Below are positions 23,875 to 34,770 of a stretch of DNA of 45,285 bases, one piece after another (position 1 is the stretch's first letter; the number at the start of each line of letters is the position of its first letter). Below the pieces are notes generated by a model, which saw nothing but the letters and a program-made list of their open reading frames with translations, searched no databases and was not told the DNA's origin. A program made the position numbers and the translations under genes. Origin of the DNA: Octopus bimaculoides (lineage: Eukaryota); the NCBI RefSeq assembly GCF_001194135.2, contig NC_068998.1, positions 32,949,737 through 32,995,021 of the forward strand, written 5' to 3'.

Positions 23875-24362
23875 TCTTACTATAATGAACATTATGTCCG
23901 TCTGTCTGTCTGTTCCCTCTTCAAAGTCAAACGGCTGAAACAATGGTCACAATGTTTTTTCAGGATTATGAAGGAGGTAATCAGGAAGGTTTTTATTGAA
24001 AAAAATGTGGAAAAGTATGATTATTTTGTGGATACTGAGGATATTGATCAGTGGAAAAGGTGTTAATAGCAATTTATGTGTGGAATTATTTAAAAAAATG
24101 ATACAAAAAAGATTCTTTGTACTATGGGTTCCTGGTAATGAGCATTTGTAGAAGGCAAAAATTACATGATGTTTTGAATCCTTGTATGGTCAATTATCGG
24201 GATGAAAATTACTGTGCAAGGGAGGGATCTCTTATAATTATACTAAATATTATTTTAAGAAAGAAGAGAAGAAAGGAAATCATAAAGAAAATGTGTTCTA
24301 TTAGGATCTAATGTATTTCTTTGATGTTCAGCTCGGAAACTATCTTAGTTTCCACCGGCTAG
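23875..24362 (+). mobile_element. Candidate non-autonomous Helitron
   Basis: 5' A|TC, subterminal (GTCT)n, 3' hairpin ggaaacta-tct-tagtttcc (24335-24353) followed by CTAG|T. Confidence 0.6.
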
Positions 24363-24769
24363 TTTTGGTGTACTTTTTTGTATTTAAAGGAGTATGCTTA
24401 CATGTGAAAATAAAGAAATTAATTTTGTGTTTGCTCAATATTTTGATTCCAAGCTCCAAATCTGAGAGTCTTTCTAAGGTACCAGGTCTACAGATGGTAT
24501 TTAATAGTTTTTTAAGATAAGACCCTACACACAAGAGTCTCCATTCAACACATTATTATTTTTCAAACATCAGATGCTTTGCTAGACTGTGTCCCTGTCT
24601 TCTTTTAAGTCATCTAAATGTGTGGTTATGCTGATAGAGTAGGTTTGGAAATCATTTAGCAGTCATTCCTATACTTTTGATTTTGCTTTGATTATTTTTT
24701 TTCTAGCTCCAGGTCAGTGAAAATCAAGAAGATTTATAATCAAAAGCAGGTCTGCCTTATCAATTCTAT

Positions 24770-25050
24770 GTTTTTCCTGTGTGTAAGGAACCCAATACCA
24801 TATTATGCGTTGTATCCTTTTTTAAGATTGTAGGATGTGATATGGAGGATAATTGGTTGCTGCTTTTAGCAGATTGAGCAAACTTTAGAGGCTGCCTTGT
24901 TGACTTTATACTGTTTGGATTGGGTAAAAAGTGATAGTGGTTACATATGTAATAGATTTTTAAGAGCACATGCTGTTGACTGGACACACTTTTTTTATTG
25001 TAGCAATTGCATTTCCAAGTTCTGATGTTGACTGGATTTTGGTGATTCAA
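24770..25050 (-). mobile_element. Decayed GIY-YIG region of a PLE related to the 1-2241 element
   Basis: ORF 24766-25050: KCNCYNKK..LLKIYYIC...KSTRQPLK..KSS...SHPTILKK resembles CNCRxKxxCP..IY..YIGST..K.R..HKSSF..HPTxLSK. Confidence 0.55.
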
Positions 25051-25727
25051 ATTATTCTTTATTTTCTTATTAAACTAAGTAACACGTTTTGTTTATCACA
25101 ATTTATTTGCTTATTAATTTCTACCTACTAGTGATATTTTTGGAAATAATTTTAGTTTAATATTTAGTCTTTGTATAATGTAACCATAACGTTGAATTCG
25201 TTTTCGATAAATATGCTTTAGAAAGGAAGCTATGACTATGCTTTAAACTCCTTAAACAATAACAAATGTCTATAAAAAGAAGGCACTCATGATATAAGTG
25301 GAGGTAAAATACAGAATATAGGTGTTATCTCTCGCAATGCCAGTAGATTATGTATGTGGTAGCAAAAATATAATCAAGAATCAACCATTACGCAGTATTT
25401 TCATATTCCAAAGCAATATTATAGCAATGTAAAAGAAAATAAATCAACTTCATGTTTAATTTACACAAACTTTTTGAAATGAATGCATTTAACAGGTAAA
25501 TTAGTTGACAAACCTGTAATTTTATGTTAAATATGCTCAAAAAGTTTTTAAATAATTGTATTTAACAAATAAAATCATTAACACAAATTTTATTTTTACT
25601 TTTCACATAGTTTAAAGATACAGGTATTTAACAAAGAAAATAAATGCTGAACTCAAAGTATTGAACAGTTTAAAAATGAAAATTAAGTATTTTGTCGACT
25701 AAACTATTCTGAATGTCTTCATTTTTT

Positions 25728-25830
25728 TGAAATCAGACACAATGCCAACATTCCACTTGACTTGGTTCTTACCTTCCATTGTTGCAATATCTGGGTGAAA
25801 TGTTTCACTGTGCTCCTCATTGATGTCACT
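25728..25830 (-). mobile_element. Small decayed transposase fragment of the SDEHGERFHQDI type (Chapaev3/CMC-like)
   Basis: GDINEEHSETFHPDIATMEGKNQVKWNVGIVSDF resembles GAVSDEHGERFHQDISTMEKRYQGKWN; family name from recall. Confidence 0.5.
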
Positions 25831-26095
25831 TAAGTTTTAACAGCAAAATAAAAATACAAATACAAGAAATGCACTTCTAAAGACGTACAACTGTCCATGT
25901 TCATATAGTTTGCAATAATTAATAACCCTTTCCATAGGTTCTCTGTAGAAATCCATAACCTCTATTACAAAATGCATACAATGCTTCCTTTTCAACTTCA
26001 ATCATCTTTCTTTTAATTTATTTTTTATCTGATATCAACATTTCACTTACTTAAGGGTCAGCAAGTAGATCACCCTTACTTTTACTTCTTTTCCA

Positions 26096-26586
26096 CCAAA
26101 GAAATTTGGAAATATAAGGCAGATTTCTTGAAAAGCTCCACCTTCAAAACCTAAGGCTTTTACAAACTACTTTATGAAACTCAATTTTATATGAAATGGA
26201 GGTAACAAAATATTTTTAGGCACTATAGAAGCCCGTATGCTAACATTTAATTTTCTTGGTGGTAATTTCTACCATGAGAATCATTTAGCTTTCCAGTTAA
26301 TGATCACTAATAACTCTGCTGTCTCATTAAAAGGAAACATAAATGTTTTATATATCACTCAGAAAACTAGGAATACAACAAACATCTTTAACTCCCCCTG
26401 CACCCACTACACATATGCATTCTGATTAAATTCTTTGTAGTGATCTAGTAAGTAACTTTAATATTTTTCTTGTCTTTACTGAATGTATAAGAGTAGGTGT
26501 ATTGTTTCCTATTTAGAAGTAAAAATACTTTGAGATTTTGGAAGAGGTGCTTTTCAAGAAAACCACTTTGTTTCCAAATCTCTCTG
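26096..26586. repeat. Old inverted-repeat pair, probably a decayed MITE
   Basis: 26096-26149 matches the reverse complement of 26536-26586 (atttggaaa...tttcttgaaaagc..cttc.aaaa). Confidence 0.45.
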
Positions 26587-27885
26587 ATACCAAAGTTCAG
26601 GATCATATATTTGTTGAAAATAGAGCAAAGGCAATGTTGAAGTCAGAAAAAGTTGAGCTGTCTATGAACAGTCACCCTTCCCTGGGGTCAGGTTTCAGTC
26701 CAACTGCAGCAGACACACCCTTCATACTTCTGTAGTAACACAGGTTTCTACTAACATCAAGGTAAATTGCAAATTTTGCATACCTTTTTTGGGACTCAGT
26801 AGTCCTGCAATCTACCCGTACTGAATTCTATTCTTTTAACTGAGAAACTGAATAAATTCATTTCCATTAACCTTCATGTCATTAAAACATGAAACATTCA
26901 GAAATATCTTTCTGTTCTTTCTATCTTCTAGGAATAGCAAAGGACATAACCCTGGTAATCCATAATCACTCTCCTAGAGTAGATCAACAGCTTCCACATT
27001 TTACATATGATGCCTAAAGCTTGTCTTGATCATAAGTAGCCATTTCCAAACTATTGTCTGTATGCTATCCAGAATTTCACAACTTTTACAACTTTATGTG
27101 ATATCTGTTTCGTTCCAATATAATATTCACAAAAATTTCAGACTATGTTAAGTAAAACTGCATCCTCTACTTCCCATATTTACATTTGAAAAAAAAAAAA
27201 TTTTTTAATAAATAAATAAAACTGTAGCATGAAAATATGATTTTAGATATGTAGATGAAAAGGTTATTCATTGCAGTGTAAGTAACTATCCAGAAAAATA
27301 AAAATTAGAATTATAAGAGCAGATCTATAACAGTTGATGATAGAAAACCAAAACTGAGAACATTTTTTTTAGAATGAGCAATCTAAATATAGAAATAGAT
27401 GTTGAAAATAATTATGAGAAACGAAAGTATTTGCAAATTTTTTAATGTAGTCTTATCAATAGATGCAAGAAAGCTGGTGAAGTGTATAAGTCTTGAGCAG
27501 CTATTTTAAATGAGTTTGAGATAAAAATATTCCCCTACTTATAACCAGGAAAAAGTGGCTTCTTACAAGACTGAGAGAGGCTTTACATATTGGTGTGCTT
27601 ATAATTATGGTGTAATGGAATGTACCACACAGACTTCCTTTTGTATGTCTCCCTATTTGGTTGAATATATGTTTGCAATGTTTAATAGTTTATTAAAAAC
27701 TGTTCATAACTTTGCTGCGATGATTATAATTTGCACCTTCATCTCATTGTAGGAGACTGAAACCAATAATATGCATTTTCACAAGGAAATATAATTGCTT
27801 TGAAGTTAGTGGTGTTGCAGCTATATATATAAATATATATATTTACACACATGCTTGCGTGCGCACGCGCGCACACACACACACA

Positions 27886-27923
<38 letters not shown>

Positions 27924-28334
27924 CACACACACACAAATACACACACACTCACACACACAGACATACACACACACAAACCAGGTAGAGCAAAATATTTTAT
28001 GTATTTCAAGCTTTTACATATAGAAAGTGTTTATTCATCATAATATATCTCATCATATTCAATTGTCCTTGAACATCATTTTTCCAGAAACTCAATTCCA
28101 TGCTTATATCATTTGGCTGGTTTTGAAGCAAAAAACTCCCTGCACTTGTTTTCAACCTTATCCTCTTTTCTACTCATTATCAAAGCTACAAAGTAAAGAA
28201 TAGACAGTTAATGTTTATATGTTATATATGAAAATAAAGAATAAACAGTTCAGTAACAATTGCACTAGATGTATCAAATTAATGATATAACATAGAGATA
28301 CAAGTTGCCAAAAATCATAAGTGAAAATCCAAAA

Positions 28335-28410
28335 AACTTTTGTCTCAACCTGGTATACACAAAACATATTTGAAAATATGTTTTGTGTATACCAGGTTGA
28401 GACAAAAGTT
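28335..28410. repeat. Perfect hairpin, 36-bp arms with 4-nt loop
   Basis: aacttttgtctcaacctggtatacacaaaacatatt-tgaa-aatatgttttgtgtataccaggttgagacaaaagtt. Confidence 0.97.
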
Positions 28411-28821
28411 GAGCAAGACCCACAAATAATAGATAAATTGGGGAGATCCTATATGTAGGTATTTGGGAATAAACTGAATCCATGCTATTTTCTGTTTTTG
28501 TTTAGTTTATTATATATTTTTTTTTATTTTATCTTCATTAAACTTTCTATTTATTGTTGAATCAATGTCCAATTCATTTCTTTATTATCTCTTTTATTTC
28601 TTACAAATCTTAAATGCTCTCTAAGCTACAGATATTACATTTTTATCAGTCTGTGAAAACTAACACTCTTCATGCAGCATACCCACTTCTTTTAAATTCC
28701 TTGTTTTTTTCTCTCAATAATTACATTATCAAATTATATACCATCTATATCACATATTTATCACAGTAAAATATATTCTTGCAACAGAATGGACTCCATT
28801 AATGCTGTTTATTATTCTTAC

Positions 28822-28850
28822 AGCCATGACTTCAAAAGAATTATATTTCT
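28822..28850 (-). CDS. Candidate micro-exon (29 nt)
   Basis: gcactttttgcag acceptor, gtaaga donor, frame KYNSFEVMA. Confidence 0.2.
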
Positions 28851-30764
28851 CTGCAAAAAGTGCACTATTGATTTCATCATTTATTAATATCAGTTATTAA
28901 AAGGGAACAGGAGCACAAATTATGTATATAGAGGACATATGCAATTAAATCTACTCTAATGCATGGAACTTATTTATTGAAATCAGAAGGGTAAAGGATA
29001 AAGTTAACTTTGCTGTGATTGAACTCTGCTAATTAAATTAATGACATAAGTACAAAGCCATATCAATTTAATGGAGTGTGCAGAGTCAATTAAATTGATT
29101 ACCAAAACTTGGATGGTACTTATTTAATCAACTAAAGAAGAGGAACTGGAAAATCGATCTCAGCTTGCTTTAAATCCAGAAAGATAGGGGATATGACGTT
29201 TTTACTGCTTAATCAGGATGACAAGCTGTGCTAAATGACCTTCATAGATTCTTTGAGACTGATATGATTAGTGTGGCTTATATTCAGCTTCAACATCTCT
29301 CAGTCCACTTATGAAGGAAAAATATGGGAAGGAAAGCAATTCCAGAGAATGATATTCTAGAATGGAAGGGTTGGTTAAATGCAATGTGGGCAGAGAAACA
29401 GATGGTTTCAGGTGGAGGCACAATGCAGCAAACTAATTTAGAGGAGAAAATTCAATGGTGAAATGATAAAATAAACAAAAAGAGGAAACAGTATAACTAT
29501 GTGCCAGAAGTTGTAGTGTTAAGTGAGGGGATCTCTGCTAATCAGTCAGATGGCGTTTGTCTTGATACACTACAAGAAGATTTCCTGGCTATGAGTAGTA
29601 AATTATATCATAGTTCTGACTCAATTAGAAGATATTTTTGTGGTCTCAGTTCACAGTAGTGATGCAGGTTATATAATTTGAAATGTTTAGGTTGCATGTG
29701 AATGATGTCAGGGTGAAGAACAAATAAAGGTTGATTTCTTCTTTATATGAATGAGTATCATTAGATAGTAATTAAGTCATTAAGCTACCACAGAAAGAGA
29801 ATAATCGAGCCTTAAGAGTTCATCAGAATTGCTAATGTCTGAATAAAGGAGATCCTTGCCAGTGCACACTATGATGATGTGGTTTTATTTTTTTTAATAC
29901 ATAGCTTAATGTGAAGGAAAGTAGTGTTCACTGCTCCTTTTAAGGCTTTGGGATTGGCTAGAAAGGGGAAGGTGTCTTCACACTGGAGACTGGTCTGAAT
30001 GCTTGCAACAGAGGCCATAGCAGTATTTGAACTCAGAACACAAAGACCTTGAATAAATATTAAAAAGTAACCCCTCAAATACTCTAACAATTCTGCCCTG
30101 CACTGGTACTTCATCTGTCTACACTGAAAGGATGAGAGAAACACTTTGTGCTATGGAGTGGCTGTGTGGAAAGAAGTTTGCTTTCCTGCCACCTAGTTCT
30201 GGGTTCAATTCCATTATGCAGCATCTTAAACATGTGTTTTCTACTATAGCCCTGGGTCAATTAAGCTTTGGGAACGGATTTGGTAGGCAGAATTTGAAAG
30301 AAATTCATTTATGTGTGTGCATGCGTGCATATAACATTATCATTTCCCACTATCTCCTCCTGCAAAAGAACGTGCATAATAGTTGCCCCCATAGTCTATG
30401 TTATGTTATGAATCTATGCTAGTGGATGTACCTCATGTTAATTCTATCAACCATACTCTTTTGAGCTAGTTTAGAACATGTTAGAAGTGGGTATTATTTT
30501 GGAGTTTTCTTTTCCGAGATTGATTGCTTTCACTACAGCTAAGGAGCTACATCTACAATTACAAAAATCTATTCATCCCATAGATGGGACCCTGACAGGG
30601 ACTACTGTTCTGAGTCATAACAGACGTGGGAGTAATGATAATGAAGGGGTAACTCCATGCTCCCCACATGTCCAGAACTCCCAAACTGAAGCCTCACTAC
30701 CAGATGCAGTTTAATGACATACCGAGGACAAATATACATGCATATATATATATATATACACATA

Positions 30765-31624
30765 CATGGTGCGATGGGTAAATTGTTGCTATCTTATATT
30801 TTCAATTTTGCATACATGCATTGTTTGTTTTTGAATTTGTTGACTACACAGTATTGTAGGGTCAGTTGGATACCATCTGTGGGAAACACAGTACCATGGT
30901 GCAATTCACTCTGCCAGAAATTTAGAAATGACATGCTGCATTGATTGGCATTTGTGCCAGAAGCTCCATTGCAAACATTTCAGAGTGTTTGGGTGTCAAT
31001 CTGAGGACATATACCAAGAGTGATAAAAATCAAACATCTAGTCAACATCATGGTGTTTGAAGTGATCACTAGTGATGACGATATGCCTCCATTCATCTTC
31101 CCACATGGCCTTACACTCAACGTGGAGGCCTACATCAAGTGCCTGGAGGAGGTGGTGCTCCTCTGGGTCAAGAGGGGGGGGGGCTGCTGGAAGACCCTAT
31201 GTCTAGCAACAGGACTCTGCACCATGCCACACAAGCAGGAGAATCAATCATGGCTGTCAGACAATTTCTGCGACTACATCATCCCTAACATCTGGCCACC
31301 CAGCTCCCAGACTGCAACCCCTTTGATTATTATGTGTGGAGCACAGCTGAGCAAGAGACTAACAAAACTCCTTGTAACACCAAAGATGAACTAAAGGCAA
31401 GGATTATGGCAGCATTCATCAACTTAAACAAGAAGGCCATCCAGAAGAGTTGCAGGAGATTCTGAAGTCGTTTGAAGGCCGTGGCTGAAGCCAATGGCGA
31501 TTTTATTGAATAAATTTACTCTCTAGTATTTCAAGATATTTTTATGTAATTTTGGTAAATATATCTGTTAAAATGAGATGTCATTTTTGCATAATTTAGA
31601 TGACAGTTTATTCACAATACCCTG
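30765..31624 (+). mobile_element. Internally deleted Tc1/mariner element of the maT/DD37D type
   Basis: KHLVNIMVFEVITSD; QQDSAPCH...WPPSSPDCNPFDYYVW with 37 residues between the 2nd and 3rd Asp after frameshift correction; TA-flanked degenerate TIRs (ta|catggt... ...ccctg|ta). Confidence 0.85.
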
Positions 31625-31871
31625 TATACAGGTGTGTGTATTTATGTATGTGTGTCTATCTATCTATCAGTATGTATAAACATAAGGGATCATTTATGTT
31701 TATAAATGTATAAGAACTTTTAAATAAGTTCCCCACCGATAATGGTGTTTACATACCGAAGGGCTTGGTAAAAATTATTAATTGTTAATTTATTAATAAA
31801 TTAATAAATTGATAAACCTTTACCCTTTTAATTGTAATATCAGTATGTATATATATATATATATATATATA

Positions 31872-32130
31872 TCGTTTTGGGATTTGGTTTGCAAGATTTT
31901 TTATGTGATTTCGTGTGCTGAAGCATATTCTGTTGTGTCTGGGGAGAGTCATTTTCTTATCGTGCCTTAAAATTTAACACACTCACGGCTAAAATTTCCA
32001 TTTATTTCTTATTTTTATTTTCCTAAAATTTTCGTCGCGTCTTGCAACCTTTTCAATAGTCTTCACTCTGTCCGTTATTTACGTTGCCTTCTGTTTTTGC
32101 TTTTTTTGTTTTTGCGCATGCTTGTGTTTC
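31872..32130 (-). mobile_element. Least-decayed copy of the putative PLE pLTR repeat, with hammerhead-like motif at 32023-32059
   Basis: Homologous to 3801-4030 and 5030-5300; retains CpGs. Confidence 0.65.
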
Positions 32131-32498
32131 AGTGTGNNNNNNNNNNNNNNNNNNNNNNNNNNNNNNNNNNATATGTATATATGTATGTATGTGTATGTAT
32201 GTATGTATGTATGTGTGTGTGTTTGCATGTATGTATGTATTCTGCATATTTCTGTGTTTGTGTGTTTTTTATGTATGTGTGTGCATGTGTGTATATGTAT
32301 GTACCTCTGTCTCCTTGTGTGTGCATGTCTGAGTGTGTGTATGTGTGTGTTTTGCTGCTATGTACCATGTTTGTATGTATGTGTGCACATATTCATATGT
32401 GTGGACAAGTGTGTGTGTATATGTGGTCATGTGTTTCAGTCTCTATTTGCGTTTGCGTATGTGGTTGTCTGTTCATATACCTTATGTACCTACCCGTC

Positions 32499-32566
32499 TG
32501 TATGTAGACCTGTTGGTTTACATATACATACATGTATGTATATGTAAACCAACAGGTCTACATACA
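32499..32566. repeat. Perfect spacerless 68-bp palindrome
   Basis: tgtatgtagacctgttggtttacatatacataca|tgtatgtatatgtaaaccaacaggtctacataca. Confidence 0.97.
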
Positions 32567-33243
32567 AGTCACGAATTACGAATGAACCGTTTCTGACCGA
32601 ATCTGGGTATGAGAAATGGGTTCTCTATAAAAATGTCAAGCATTGAAGACAGTGGTTAGGAAAGGAGAAACACCGGCACACTAGGCTAAAGAAGGTTTTC
32701 CCCATGTAAGGTGTTATCTGTTTGATGGGATATGAAAGGTTTAGTTCACTTTGAACTTTTAAACCCAAACCAAACAATAACAAAGAAGATCTACCACAAG
32801 CAGCTTGACTGGCTTAAGCGGCTTAAGACAGCGCTAGAAGAAAAACGACCATCTTGGTTTTAAGGTGAAAGATATTCTTCTATCAGGATAATGCTCGGCC
32901 ACACACTGTGAGGATGACATTCCAAAGGCTGGAGCAGTTTGGATGGGAAACGATACCCCAACCACCATATTCGCCGGACATTGCCCCATCTGTTTATCAC
33001 TTATTCTGCAGTCTTCAAAATCATTTGGACGGAAAAAAATGAATTCTGTAGATGAGGTCAGAACAGTACTGGAGGAGTATTTTTTGTCACGGACAGTTGA
33101 ATTTTGGAAGAGGGTCCTTGCAAATCTACTAGATAGATGGAAAAGTATTGTAGAAAATGAAGGAGAGTACATTTTAGATAAAAAAAGAATATCTTAATTT
33201 TGAAAAATAAAAAAAATAATAAAAACACCGCATTATTTATGGT
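32567..33243 (+). mobile_element. 5'-truncated mariner of the same family as 15835-16935
   Basis: Direct nucleotide similarity (ttctctataaaaatgtcaag...gatatgaaaggtttagt...caggataatgct...gcattatttatgg); the right TIR runs into the gap. Confidence 0.9.
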
Positions 33244-34154
33244 NNNNNNNNNNNNNNNNNNNNNNNNNNNNNNNNNNNNNNNNNNNNNNNNNNNNNNNNN
33301 NNNNNNNNNNNNNNNNNNNNNNNNNNNNNNNNNNNNNNNNNNNNNNNNNNNNNNNNNNNNNNNNNNNNNNNNNNNNNNNNNNNNNNNNNNNNNNNNNNNN
33401 NNNNNNNNNNNNNNNNNNNNNNNNNNNNNNNNNNNNNNNNNNNNNNNNNNNNNNNNNNNNNNNNNNNNNNNNNNNNNNNNNNNNNNNNNNNNNNNNNNNN
33501 NNNNNNNNNNNNNNNNNNNNNNNNNNNNNNNNNNNNNNNNNNNNNNNNNNNNNNNNNNNNNNNNNNNNNNNNNNNNNNNNNNNNNNNNNNNNNNNNNNNN
33601 NNNNNNNNNNNNNNNNNNNNNNNNNNNNNNNNNNNNNNNNNNNNNNNNNNNNNNNNNNNNNNNNNNNNNNNNNNNNNNNNNNNNNNNNNNNNNNNNNNNN
33701 NNNNNNNNNNNNNNNNNNNNNNNNNNNNNNNNNNNNNNNNNNNNNNNNNNNNNNNNNNNNNNNNNNNNNNNNNNNNNNNNNNNNNNNNNNNNNNNNNNNN
33801 NNNNNNCTCTCTCTCTCTCTCTCTCTCTCGCTCCTCTTTGCTTTTCTTTCTTGCTTTCCTGTTCCCTATCTTCCCCTCTTTCTCCCTTTCTTGAAAAACA
33901 AAATTTCTCTTCGATTCATATAAAAGCTTTCCGTTTCATTATCCTGGTTTTATCTTGAAGATTTCGATTAAACGAACGAGAGCACCAATAAGGAATCATC
34001 CGAAATTCTGGCTACCTCCTTTTTCTTAACACACACACACACGCGCACGCACACACACACACACACACATACACACATATTAGACAAAATGAGATAACAA
34101 AGCCAAGACTGTGAGTAGTTTTCAGGACATTTATAAAAAAAAGATATAGATATA

Positions 34155-34203
34155 GTCTTACAGCTGCTTCTGGAATATTATGGATATCTCTCTTATCAGA
34201 GAT
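34155..34203 (-). ncRNA. Decayed hammerhead-like motif (CAGCTG stem III type) in a repeat at ~34085-34260
   Basis: Minus strand reads tct-CTGATAA-gagagatatccataatattcca-GAAG-cagctg-TA-agac; two core mutations. Confidence 0.4.
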
Positions 34204-34561
34204 GGTTATATGTGAGGGGTAAATATTTGAGTTCGAAATAAGGAATTATTATGGAAAAGGAGGAGATAGAGAATATAACAAGGAAATAAGAGAATGAAAG
34301 TAGAAATAAAATATAAAATATATGAAGATATTGTAGTTGCAGTTCTATTATTTGACGAAAGTGGTGTACAGAAGTGGTAAAATAGTTTCCTTACATGGGG
34401 TGCAAGTTCCAATAGTAGTTCATGTTTAATCATTTCAAACTATGGAGCCGTGGATTTTGTGTTGTTCATTCGAAAGGGTCATGTGGTGTGAATGAAAATT
34501 TGAGAATGTATTGGTAGTATTTGTGGATAGATATATAACAAGCAAAAATACAAGTTCTAAA

Positions 34562-34770
34562 ATCTCTCTTAGAGATCAACGCAGTAGTTGTACTAACAAG
34601 TAACATTACGTAGCCACTTCAATATGGCTGTCCGTTTAAACGGACTATACTGCATCTGAGATATTGTGAGCAGGGGAAAGAACCCCTACCACCTTCTAGC
34701 AACGGGACCAGCCTGGTTTCAGGCTATATCTGCCCCTCTGCAGTACTGGATACCTCGTCTGCTAGAGATT
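34562..34770. mobile_element. Partial copy of the fold-back element at 36465-36838, interrupted by the ORF1-only insertion
   Basis: tagccacttcaatatggctgtccgtttaaac...gagatattgtgagcagggg...agcctggtttcaggct...cagtactggatacctcgtctgctagagat matches the reverse complement of 36615-36740 and the TIR. Confidence 0.7.

Noticed and set aside
26930-26955. Plus-strand acceptor followed by GIAKDITL, reminiscent of a cysteine synthase N-terminus
   Set aside because: Only 8 residues, the similarity stops immediately, and there are no supporting exons.
31730-31775. ccgataa-t-ggtgt/atacc-gaag hammerhead-like string
   Set aside because: Three core mismatches and no valid NUH site; too degenerate to call.
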